20,000 nucleotides of DNA from an uncultured virus (IMG/VR IMGVR_UViG_3300025322_000014) (Duplodnaviria; Heunggongvirae; Uroviricota; Caudoviricetes), in IMG/VR virus record IMGVR_UViG_3300025322_000014. One strand, 5' to 3'. Below are positions 1 through 7,516 of the stretch, piece by piece (positions within the stretch are counted from its first letter, which is position 1; every line of letters begins with the position of its first letter). Under the pieces are notes generated by a model, which was not told the origin of the DNA, ran no database searches, and saw only the letters and a program-made list of their open reading frames with translations. Position numbers and translations under genes: made by a program.

Positions 1-456
1 CACAAGCGTATTCGCTCCAACGCCCGCGGCAGCGGCACTGCCAAGGCCAAGGAAGAACGCGCAGCCATTGTCGGCGATCGACTCGGTGCGGAACCGCGCC
101 TCGTACATGACCTTACCAGTGTTGCCCGCGCCATTGTCAATCTTGAATTGAGCACCACTTCCGAATTGAACATGGCCCTCATCGTTGTCCGCGTCGTTGC
201 CTGCGATCTCGAGAACGCCGAGGGCGTTGGCCAGGTCGCACGTTGTCCAACCTTGGATTGTCACGCCAGTGTCTTGGTACGTGTACGGATTGCCGCTGGC
301 CCCGGCGGAAGTCAGAACCGGCGGGTTACCGAAGTCGTCGTAGACAACTACGGCCTTGCCGATAATCTCGTCATGCTGAAGCTTGGCGATGTCGCCAAAG
401 ATGATGGGAGAAGGACCACGGTTGGTCTCTCCGAAGTACCGCGTGTAGTTGGAAAT
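1..456 (-). CDS. Putative virion structural protein (capsid decoration/cement-like), continues past the window edge; apparent ATT start
   Basis: Not in the ORF track. Frame is open from 456 to the edge: ISNYTRYFGETNRGPSPIIFGDIAKLQHDEIIGKAVVVYDDFGNPPVLTSAGASGNPYTYQDTGVTIQGW...GKVMYEARFR. A strong SD (GGAGGTG) precedes ATT. Gly/Ala/beta-rich composition and position downstream of the capsid gene suggest a structural role. Confidence 0.7.
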   Translation of the reverse strand, partial: MSNYTRYFGETNRGPSPIIFGDIAKLQHDEIIGKAVVVYDDFGNPPVLTSAGASGNPYTYQDTGVTIQGWTTCDLANALGVLEIAGNDADNDEGHVQFGSGAQFKIDNGAGNTGKVMYEARFRTESIADNGCAFFLGLGSAAAAGVGANTLV

Positions 457-572
457 GATACACCTCCGAGTCTTAAAAGAGTTTACTTTCGACGCCCCCG
501 CCGAACTACGATTCCCCGATCCTTGGGTGGGTTACTAGCTAAACTCCGCACTTAACATCGCGGAGGTTCAGT

Positions 573-836
573 TTACTTCGACAGCCGGCTCCGGGCGTAT
601 TTTTCGCCGTATTGCTTGCCGTACGTTGAGGCGATGTCGAGCGACTTTCGTGTGATGTCTTCAAAGTTGGTGCTCAAGTGAGTCCGATTTGGTGCTACCG
701 AAGCCTGTTTCGGTACCACTGGCGTGGGCCCGGCGGCTACTCGCTGCGAGGCTTTTTGCTGCGCCTTCCACGTGTCAAGTTTGTGTTGCTTCATCCAAGG
801 ACTGTCGGTTGATTTATACTGAACGGGTGCTGGCAT
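573..836 (-). CDS. Hypothetical small basic protein (87 aa)
   Basis: ORF track. Lys/Gln-rich. ATG lies 1 nt after the stop of the 838..966 ORF, consistent with translational coupling. Confidence 0.6.
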   Translation of the reverse strand: MPAPVQYKSTDSPWMKQHKLDTWKAQQKASQRVAAGPTPVVPKQASVAPNRTHLSTNFEDITRKSLDIASTYGKQYGEKYARSRLSK

Positions 837-837
837 G

Positions 838-966
838 TTAGTAAGAACTCCGCTTCTTGCCCATCGCTTTACGCGACTTCTCGCGTTCGCGCTTCGCCAT
901 CGCGTCGACCATCGACTTCTTGGAGGGCATCTGTTTGCGACCGCCGGTCATTGGCATACGAGCCAT
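838..966 (-). CDS. Small basic Met/Lys/Arg-rich peptide (42 aa)
   Basis: Read manually: MARMPMTGGRKQMPSKKSMVDAMAKREREKSRKAMGKKRSSY*. SD AGGAG 7 nt upstream; stop abuts the next ATG. Confidence 0.65.
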   Translation of the reverse strand: MARMPMTGGRKQMPSKKSMVDAMAKREREKSRKAMGKKRSSY

Positions 967-1345
967 AATGTGCTCCTGTTGGGTTTAGGTAGGCGAAAAA
1001 CTTTTCAGCGATCGGGGCTATACGTTTCTCATAGTAACCGACTGCGATGTTGCACGGTCTGCACAAAATACCTCTCACTTGGCCTGTCTCATAGTTGTGG
1101 TCTATGTGAGAACTTTTGTTAATCAAGCATCCGCATAAAGCGCATTGGAAATTCTGCGATTCCAGCAACGCTTTATGTTGGTGCTTGTTAAGACCGAATT
1201 TTGCTTTCCGGCTCGAAGCAACATTGTTGTCCGCGCAAACTTGGCATTTTGTCTTGTCAGGGCGCCTATCACGACCGCACTGACATTTACCGGCGGCCTT
1301 TTTTTTATCCCGCCATCTTTTTACCGGCCAGTAATTTGGATGCAC
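869..1345 (-). CDS. Endonuclease VII-family (His-Me finger) free-standing endonuclease
   Basis: Motif KFGL...Q.FQCALC...HIDHNYETGQVRGILCRPCNIAVG, plus an N-terminal CxC...CxxC. Likely GTG start at 1345 after GGGGGA SD. Confidence 0.85.
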   Translation of the reverse strand: MHPNYWPVKRWRDKKKAAGKCQCGRDRRPDKTKCQVCADNNVASSRKAKFGLNKHQHKALLESQNFQCALCGCLINKSSHIDHNYETGQVRGILCRPCNIAVGYYEKRIAPIAEKFFAYLNPTGAHYGSYANDRRSQTDALQEVDGRRDGEARTREVA

Positions 1346-1385
1346 TGCTGTTTCCCCCAACAGAAAACACCCAAGAAAAATCAAA

Positions 1386-1431
1386 GGGGCAGGCGGCTTG
1401 GGGACCGCTTTTCGGCGATCAACCTAGCCCC
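1386..1431 (-). terminator. GC-rich branched stem-loop followed by a U-rich tract (capsid terminator and/or leader of the endonuclease gene)
   Basis: Minus strand GGGGCTAGG...GAAAA GCGG tccccaag CCGC CTGCCCC followed by TTTGATTTTTCTT; starts 17 nt after the capsid stop. Confidence 0.5.
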
Positions 1432-1437
1432 AATGTT

Positions 1438-1466
1438 ATTCTACTGCGTTAGACCGAAGTCGTAAA
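1438..1466 (-). promoter_or_regulatory. Candidate sigma70 promoter for the endonuclease VII cassette
   Basis: TTTACG (1461-1466), 17-nt spacer, TAGAAT (1438-1443), directly upstream of the stem-loop. Confidence 0.4.
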
Positions 1467-2492
1467 GACAGCCTGTCGGCGGCGATCAAAGCATAAGAAA
1501 TTGTAGCTGAGATCGAGAAATACCTGCCAAACGTTATGTTGGTTGGGCGCCTTTGTGGCCTCGCTCTCTCGCAAATAATCACCTTTGAGGCAAACGGGCA
1601 TAAAAGCACTGTGGTCGATCATGTAGACCGGCCCATCGCTACGCGAATCCAGTTTCGGGATCCAGATGATCGGATGCTTGCGGAAGAGCATCTGCCCGTC
1701 CATCGCGGCGATGTCGCGGCCCAAATTCTCGTTCTGCCCTTCGCCAACGTCCTCGATCGAGAGAATCACGGACTCGGGAACGTAGATCCGATATCGCTCG
1801 CCCATCGAGCCGCGGTAGTCCTGTTCCGTCACCGGGCTCTTGAAGCGAATCTTCCGGTGCGCGGTTCGCATCTTCGAGATCAGATCCGACTTCGTTACAC
1901 TGGTATAAACAGCCGTGTAGTTCTTGAAGTTCGGGCTGTCGGTCAAATCGACACCGCCGATCGTCGCGTGGCTGCCAGGCAGGCCGCCGTTGAAACCAGT
2001 CGTGGCGTTCTCAACAACCCAATACTGAATCGAATAAGGCAAAATCTTGTCGGTCGTGCCCGGAGCCGCGCCCCACGCGCGGTCTTCCAGCTCCTCAACG
2101 AGTCCCAACAGAGCAGCTGCCCGGCGGGGTTTGATAACGTTCAATACGAGGCTTTTGCCGCGGTTCATCAGGATGTCAGTCTGATAGATCAGGGCCCACG
2201 ATGTCTGCGCGTGGCGCCACGGAATCTGGATCTGATCCAGGACATCGGGGATGTTAACTTGGTCGGTGTCCATGAGCCCGACGTGCTTGGCGCTGGTGCT
2301 GTCCAGCTTGCTCATCAGCGTACGCTGGATACCAATTCCAGAGTCAAACATCACCTTGTCTTTCTTGAACCACTTCGAGAAAACCTCGTAGTAGGGGAGA
2401 GACTGGGCGATTTGCTGAAACCGCAGCGGTCCCAGATCGTAAAGAGTAGCTGCCACAAGGTCGGCAATGTCGGTCGCGGTCAAAGCTGCCAC
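1449..2492 (-). CDS. Major capsid protein (HK97-fold presumed)
   Basis: 347 aa, GTG start with AAGGA SD, strongly C/G-ending codons. Capsid-like segments (SGIGIQRTL, IPWRH, GGVD...NFKNY, RRRQAV). Long leader with promoter; terminator-like structure downstream; portal and scaffold upstream. Confidence 0.85.
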   Translation of the reverse strand: MAALTATDIADLVAATLYDLGPLRFQQIAQSLPYYEVFSKWFKKDKVMFDSGIGIQRTLMSKLDSTSAKHVGLMDTDQVNIPDVLDQIQIPWRHAQTSWALIYQTDILMNRGKSLVLNVIKPRRAAALLGLVEELEDRAWGAAPGTTDKILPYSIQYWVVENATTGFNGGLPGSHATIGGVDLTDSPNFKNYTAVYTSVTKSDLISKMRTAHRKIRFKSPVTEQDYRGSMGERYRIYVPESVILSIEDVGEGQNENLGRDIAAMDGQMLFRKHPIIWIPKLDSRSDGPVYMIDHSAFMPVCLKGDYLRESEATKAPNQHNVWQVFLDLSYNFLCFDRRRQAVFTTSV

Positions 2493-2645
2493 GGAAGTGT
2501 TCCTTCAGATTGTATTGTTACCGCCAATTTACTTGGCGCAAGGTCAACCAAAAATGACTACCAGCCTTCAACCCGCCACAAGACTTCGGCGACTGCATCG
2601 CACATTGCGGAAAAACACCGGCAAACGGGGATAGCCTGTTGTATA

Positions 2646-2674
2646 ATTATTCGGGTTTGGACGCTAAAAGACAA
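2646..2674 (-). promoter_or_regulatory. Candidate late promoter upstream of the capsid gene (CGAATAAT motif)
   Basis: TTGTCT (2669-2674), 17 nt, AATAAT, with CGAATAAT at 2646-2653. The same octamer occurs at 12304 and 14916. Confidence 0.6.
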
Positions 2675-2682
2675 CGTTGCTT

Positions 2683-3519
2683 TTACTGACCCGAGTACGA
2701 TGTATTTGAATACGTAGCATCGTTGTAGAAGATGCCGTTCAAACGTCGCAATTTTGAGCGTCCAAAAGTATCCAACGCTAAATTTCCGTTGTATCCCAGC
2801 ACATGTGCATTTCTCTGCCTATCGCGAACAATATTTCCGGCCAGCTTCTGCATGAAAACCTGAAATAGCGGGCCCTGCATTCCAATTTTGCGAAGCTCGG
2901 CGACCGCCATGCATGAAGCCAGGATCCCTGGACCATGAACTTGCCCGCCCAGCGGGAAAGGCGCATCCTCCGTCAGTCGCTGCGCGTGGGCTTGGTAGCG
3001 GAGTGCCATACGGTACTGAGCATCCGGGGTCGGGTGCAGCACAAGAATCAATGTCTGTTTCTCGGTCCCGGCGGAATCCATCGGTTCGATCGCAAAATAT
3101 TCTGGCGGCGACGTAAATGATGTGCGGGCTTCGAGAGCCAGGAGCCGCGACGGGCTCGCGTGCTTCGCCGTTGGAAAGGCATTGTCGGTATCGAGGTACA
3201 CCAGATCTCCGATGGGCCGGTCGAATGTCGACGGCAGCGCATACCGTCGTTCATCCGCTTCGGTGGTAAACTCCCAGGTCGGTCGCATAAAAGACCATTC
3301 GTGAACATCACCTTCTACGATCGTATATGGCGGTTGCAGCGGCGGAGGAAAGTAGTACGACCTTAAACCTTCGTCGATAACCTCTTGAACAGTTTGCTCA
3401 GTCTCGTCATTCCAGTCTGCGTGATTGATACCAAAACCGAGGTATCCACCAATCTGCCGACGAAGGTAGTAAAAATCGATTTCGAGCGAATCTGCGCGAT
3501 TTGCAATTGGCCAAGGCAT
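2683..3519 (-). CDS. Putative head-tail adaptor / tail tubular-like protein
   Basis: 278 aa. N-terminal helical LRRQIGGYLG...IDEGLR, HEWSFM, RRYALP..F and LVLHPTPDAQY segments resemble podoviral adaptor proteins. Lies within the morphogenesis module. Confidence 0.55.
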   Translation of the reverse strand: MPWPIANRADSLEIDFYYLRRQIGGYLGFGINHADWNDETEQTVQEVIDEGLRSYYFPPPLQPPYTIVEGDVHEWSFMRPTWEFTTEADERRYALPSTFDRPIGDLVYLDTDNAFPTAKHASPSRLLALEARTSFTSPPEYFAIEPMDSAGTEKQTLILVLHPTPDAQYRMALRYQAHAQRLTEDAPFPLGGQVHGPGILASCMAVAELRKIGMQGPLFQVFMQKLAGNIVRDRQRNAHVLGYNGNLALDTFGRSKLRRLNGIFYNDATYSNTSYSGQ

Positions 3520-3531
3520 GTTCGCACTTTC

Positions 3532-4278
3532 CTACGTAATAGTTGTCCAGGACAGGCCCCACTTCGTCCCTAAGGCACTGCCGATTTCATTCTCTTCTGT
3601 CGTTGTTAGCACGCGATCGAATCTTGCGTACTCACCAATGGCCCCGTCCGTAGCTTGTGTGCCCGCGGCCAGAGAGAGCAACGTTACCGCGGCATCCGTG
3701 CCAGTCCCGGCGTTTCCCGAAGCAACCGCTACGCCGCCGTTGACGTAAAGCAATGAGGCAGTCGAATTGAATTCGGCCAACCAAATCTCAAGCGTGTTCG
3801 CGGTGTACGTGCCGTCAGCGAGCTGCGTGCCCGCGCGTATGAACCTCGCATCAGCGGCGGTAATCCCTAGTCGACTCTGCGAGGCACCGGAGAAGTGCCG
3901 AACCGTGCTGCCTTCAGGCGCTTTCACAACAATGAAAATCGTCTTCGGGTCCGGTGATAAGAGTGAGCCAGTGGCTAAAAACGCAGCGGCGTTGCCCTGA
4001 ATCCCCGTTAGGCTCCCAGCCAGCGTTGTTACGGCAGGTTGCAGCGACGTATTGGCCTGCACGGCATGGTTGCCATTCCCGGTTTGATCCGTCACTGAGG
4101 TCACCAAACTGTTGACGACCGTCATGTGGTTTTCGGTGCTGGCGGACATGTCGTATCGAAACACAAGGCCAGGATAATCCCCCCACGAAAACTCTGGACC
4201 GCCACCATCCGCACCGCCCTGCGGGTTGATCGCCGAGAGGCCGCTAAGACCGGATGCGAGTGGCTTGGTTAGAGACAT
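3532..4278 (-). CDS. Concanavalin A/LamG-like beta-sandwich virion fibre/spike protein
   Basis: FRYDMS...VTSVTDQTGNGNHAVQ...QP, TIFIVVK, LYVNG and GAIGE...FDRVLT..E motifs. Low-complexity N-terminal MSLTKPLASGLSGL. Confidence 0.65.
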   Translation of the reverse strand: MSLTKPLASGLSGLSAINPQGGADGGGPEFSWGDYPGLVFRYDMSASTENHMTVVNSLVTSVTDQTGNGNHAVQANTSLQPAVTTLAGSLTGIQGNAAAFLATGSLLSPDPKTIFIVVKAPEGSTVRHFSGASQSRLGITAADARFIRAGTQLADGTYTANTLEIWLAEFNSTASLLYVNGGVAVASGNAGTGTDAAVTLLSLAAGTQATDGAIGEYARFDRVLTTTEENEIGSALGTKWGLSWTTIT

Positions 4279-4281
4279 CGT

Positions 4282-4617
4282 CTATCTTTTTTGCACCGTT
4301 AATTTTTTTGTGGCCGTGCCATCGAGCAACGTAATAGTGACCGCGGCGCTAATAGGCACAACTATTCCGCGATCTCCAAACATAATTTGCCCAGGACCGC
4401 TGGCTGTAATATCCGCCGCGAGCAGAGTTGTATTATTGGTGGAGTCTACGATTGTCAGGCCACCACTGGTCGGCGCAGTTGCATAAGACCACGTAATCCA
4501 GTCCAAAACATTGTACTCGTTAGCGACGGCATTGATAGTGATAACTGAATTTGAACCGCTTGCAGCAGTGTTGTAATCAGTATCTTGCAACGCCATCGTG
4601 TCTGGAAGGCCGCGCAT
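4282..4617 (-). CDS. Small beta-rich structural protein, paralog A (111 aa)
   Basis: Ungapped alignment with 7517..7852 gives 68/111 identities by hand count. Confidence 0.75.
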   Translation of the reverse strand: MRGLPDTMALQDTDYNTAASGSNSVITINAVANEYNVLDWITWSYATAPTSGGLTIVDSTNNTTLLAADITASGPGQIMFGDRGIVVPISAAVTITLLDGTATKKLTVQKR

Positions 4618-4618
4618 T

Positions 4619-5671
4619 TTATCTCGTTCTCCATAAAGCCCTGCGAAGCAGGAATTGATATTTTCTCAACTGAGCACCGCTGAAAGTTAAATTGGCCGGT
4701 TTTCCGCTAATTGAATACGCACCAGAACCTGCGGAAAGCAATCGACCAAATTTAGGAGTAGCGGCAGTTCCGGTAACTGAAAAAGATCCTGAGTTTGCAG
4801 CAAGCTTGCGACCAAACAATACGTCGGCCGAGGAGCCAGTTACACTAAATGAGCCTGAACCGGCCGAAAGCAAACGACCAAATTTTAAGGTTGCGGCGGT
4901 GCCTGTTAATGAATATGAACCGGAGTCCGCCGCAATACTAAACGTGCCGGCTGCAGCGTTCCGCTTTAATGTTTTACGCCTCGGCAGGATGATGCCGGTC
5001 GGGTTGCTGTAGATGTCCCAGACTTCGCTGTCCGTGAGGGCACGGGAATACACACGTACATCGCTGATGGCGCCTTGCGTTCGTGTAAATCCGGCTATAT
5101 TCCCCATATAGGCTGCTACTGCAGAGTGATCCCCAGGGGCACCCAAAGCCGCTGATTGATCTGGTTTTCCATTGATGTATAGACGACCAGCCGTGTCTCG
5201 TCTTAAGGCAAAATGGTAGTGCAATCCCGTTGTAAATGTACCGACACCAGTGATAGTTGCAAAGCCGCCTCCTGAATAGGTTCGCGCGTATAGTACATTT
5301 GCAGTGGTTGCACCGAAACGAATTCCATTTGTGGCATCATCCTTTCCGAATAAATCATGGAAAATTCCAGTCTGTGCTGGTTTGAAAAACAACGAAATTG
5401 TAAACTCTGACCAATTGCCTAACCTCGTTCCGAGATTGACATAATCATTCGATCCATCAAAATCCAACGCCATACCATGGTGGCCGTCGACCCAATCCGT
5501 GGGTGGGTCCATGCTGGTGAGGGTGCCGTGGTTCCGGTAAAGCGACGAGTCGAAGCAGAGCGTGCTGCCTGGGTGCTGGCCAGCAAACCAGAACGCGAGT
5601 TCCTTGCCCTGGCCGTCACGGTCAATGTCGTCCAGGTCGAAGTCTTCTGGGAATTGTTCGTAGAATGCCAT
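4619..5671 (-). CDS. LamG (ConA-like lectin) domain protein with C-terminal ~22-aa repeats
   Basis: DSSLYRNHGTL, ALDFDGSNDYV, FTISLFFK, HFAL, LYING and GAISDVRVYSRALT..EV are LamG_3-type motifs. Four repeats of [A/S]A.SGS[YF]S.TG..A...FGR.L follow. Confidence 0.8.
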   Translation of the reverse strand: MAFYEQFPEDFDLDDIDRDGQGKELAFWFAGQHPGSTLCFDSSLYRNHGTLTSMDPPTDWVDGHHGMALDFDGSNDYVNLGTRLGNWSEFTISLFFKPAQTGIFHDLFGKDDATNGIRFGATTANVLYARTYSGGGFATITGVGTFTTGLHYHFALRRDTAGRLYINGKPDQSAALGAPGDHSAVAAYMGNIAGFTRTQGAISDVRVYSRALTDSEVWDIYSNPTGIILPRRKTLKRNAAAGTFSIAADSGSYSLTGTAATLKFGRLLSAGSGSFSVTGSSADVLFGRKLAANSGSFSVTGTAATPKFGRLLSAGSGAYSISGKPANLTFSGAQLRKYQFLLRRALWRTR

Positions 5672-5676
5672 TTATA

Positions 5677-6237
5677 CTAAGAGGCTGCCACATCATCGAC
5701 GTTCGGAATTAAAGCCACATACATCTCGACCGCGTCAGCAATGAACGCTTGACCGCAATCATTTTTAATTACAACTTGGCCATATCTAGACGGTGGGAAA
5801 AAACGGCTGCGAAGAAGAGCAACCTGCGGTATTGCATCGGCGGTCATTGCCATTACCCCGAGAAATATCAATTGACGTTTGAACTCGTCGATATCCGCCT
5901 CGGCACCGCCACCTGGGACCCAAGCAGCGTCCGCACCCGTCACCGACGTGCCGCCGTCGTTGCCTGTCCCCGCCGTAGTCACAAAAGACGAAGACCAGTA
6001 AAATTCCACACGATTCCCGGCTGTTGGTGCCACACCGGGCTCGATACACGCTTTGACGGCGTAACTGCCGGCCCTGTTAGCAGTCAAATCGGCCTTTGCA
6101 CCTTGTCTCGCGGCGCCATCAGCAATACTTGTGAGATCAAGTTGATGAGTCCTTGTTATACCGCTAGCCGTGCTGCTGTAGTCCGTGGTGTCCGCCCAGC
6201 AAATCGGCGTACCCATTTCAACTGTTACGTCTGCCAT
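5677..6237 (-). CDS. Hypothetical beta-rich protein (186 aa), likely structural
   Basis: ORF track; coupled to the upstream gene by a TAATG overlap; adjacent to the LamG gene. Confidence 0.7.
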   Translation of the reverse strand: MADVTVEMGTPICWADTTDYSSTASGITRTHQLDLTSIADGAARQGAKADLTANRAGSYAVKACIEPGVAPTAGNRVEFYWSSSFVTTAGTGNDGGTSVTGADAAWVPGGGAEADIDEFKRQLIFLGVMAMTADAIPQVALLRSRFFPPSRYGQVVIKNDCGQAFIADAVEMYVALIPNVDDVAAS

Positions 6238-6539
6238 TATACAATCCCTCCGGTGACTAGAGCCTCTACGGCAGTATTGACCTGCGACTGCACTGCGGAA
6301 TCAGACGCGCCGTTGATTTGGGCCGTAGACAAATCTTTGTTGGCAGCCAGTATGTAATTCATCAACTCATCAGCTTCGTGCAAAGGGTTGGCGAATGTGT
6401 TGCTGGCCCACGTCAACTGATTAAGTGTGGGAGTTGCTCCGACAACATACGCCTGCGCTTTAATAACCGCCGCTACGGCGAGTTTATTGCGCAGGGCGGT
6501 ATTTGTACGCAAATTAAACAGCTCTTCATAGGTTGCCAT
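6237..6539 (-). CDS. Hypothetical helical protein (100 aa)
   Basis: ORF track; TAATG stop/start overlap with the next gene. Confidence 0.7.
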   Translation of the reverse strand: MATYEELFNLRTNTALRNKLAVAAVIKAQAYVVGATPTLNQLTWASNTFANPLHEADELMNYILAANKDLSTAQINGASDSAVQSQVNTAVEALVTGGIV

Positions 6540-6580
6540 CTGTCTTTAGCCTTTTCTACCGCTTAACGGCGGCTACGCAA

Positions 6581-6784
6581 TTACGTGGTGACCATCATAG
6601 CCCGCATATTGCCGGCCTCAGCCCGCATCCAATAGTGTTTATTACCACACACAGAACACTTTCGGACGGCCTTGAACTCCTGTTCCTCCACAACTATTAA
6701 GTTGTTGAAGTCACGGCAGCAAGCGTACATATCCGGTTGCCGGCGCAACGAATTATTCCACCGCAAAATAGAACAAAAATCCAT
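6581..6784 (-). CDS. Small Cys/His-rich (putative Zn-binding) protein
   Basis: CC...CSVC...H pattern; ATG 4 nt after the previous stop. Confidence 0.55.
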   Translation of the reverse strand: MDFCSILRWNNSLRRQPDMYACCRDFNNLIVVEEQEFKAVRKCSVCGNKHYWMRAEAGNMRAMMVTT

Positions 6785-6788
6785 GGCA

Positions 6789-7076
6789 CTACTTTCCAGT
6801 TAAGAAGTTCCAAGTTCTCTTATACCACGGTGGTCTTTCTGCCTCGGCCTCATTGGCAACCCTAAGGGCTCGAACATCTTTAAGCAATATCCACACTTCG
6901 TCCATAACTCGATCAGGATATCGTGGGCAATCGAAAGCCCCAGACGGAACAGTTTTTTCTGCGTAGAAAGCTCCACTACGGACAAAAATCTTGTGTTCCT
7001 CGACGCCAGACGGCGGCTGGTCGATCGAAAATCTTTCATCTTGGCCAAGCGAAGATACTAAATTCTCGTAGATCAT
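6789..7076 (-). CDS. Hypothetical protein (~95 aa)
   Basis: Likely start is ATG at 7076 (MIYENLV) after an AAGGA SD; ends in PPWYKRTWNFL. Confidence 0.55.
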   Translation of the reverse strand: MIYENLVSSLGQDERFSIDQPPSGVEEHKIFVRSGAFYAEKTVPSGAFDCPRYPDRVMDEVWILLKDVRALRVANEAEAERPPWYKRTWNFLTGK

Positions 7077-7086
7077 AAAAATATCC

Positions 7087-7512
7087 TTAAGCCAGCGTAA
7101 GAACACTTGCACCAAAATCAACTGTAAACGTCTCGGGTGCGGAAGGGGTTACTGAAGATCCGTAATCCCACCAACCAATCAGCGGATCGGCCGGCGAAGT
7201 GGGAGTGTCGTTGTACAGAACAATGTATCGCAGCGGACCAAATGTCCCGCCGGAGGCCGTCCAAACAACATCCGTTCCCACGAGGGTCGCTGTCCCGCCG
7301 GTTTCCGACCAATCATTAGCAATGTCAGTCCCTCCGGACGGATATCCGTTTTCCGCCGTTATTTCCGCCAAATCTACCTTAACGGTATCCAAGGAAGCGC
7401 TGGGTGTGGCGTTAGATGCATAGACCTTTAGGGTATGACCGGCAGCCTGTAGTTGATGCGTTCCAAGGCCTAACTGCTCAGCAAAGTCGTTGAATTTATT
7501 AAAAGCAACCAT
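7087..7512 (-). CDS. Phage structural-type protein (141 aa, MVAFNKF...)
   Basis: Start at 7512, 4 nt after the paralog B stop. LKVY..N, GY..GG, DVVWTASGG, RYIVLYNDT and LIGWWDYG resemble motifs of a recurrent phage virion-associated family (recalled, not searched). Confidence 0.7.
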   Translation of the reverse strand: MVAFNKFNDFAEQLGLGTHQLQAAGHTLKVYASNATPSASLDTVKVDLAEITAENGYPSGGTDIANDWSETGGTATLVGTDVVWTASGGTFGPLRYIVLYNDTPTSPADPLIGWWDYGSSVTPSAPETFTVDFGASVLTLA

Positions 7513-7516
7513 GATG

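Noticed and set aside
148..555. 135-aa plus-strand ORF
   Set aside because: Antisense to the better-supported minus-strand frame 1..456.
1386..1431. Hammerhead ribozyme (UUGAUCG...GAAA resemblance)
   Set aside because: Lacks the CUGANGA core and has no stem II between the motifs.
2642..2647. Plus-strand TATAAT as an antisense promoter
   Set aside because: No credible -35 (CGGCAA) or extended -10; likely a by-product of the AT-rich minus-strand promoter.
1536..2717. 393-aa plus-strand ORF
   Set aside because: Antisense shadow of the capsid gene, expected from its biased codon usage; no SD or recognisable motifs.
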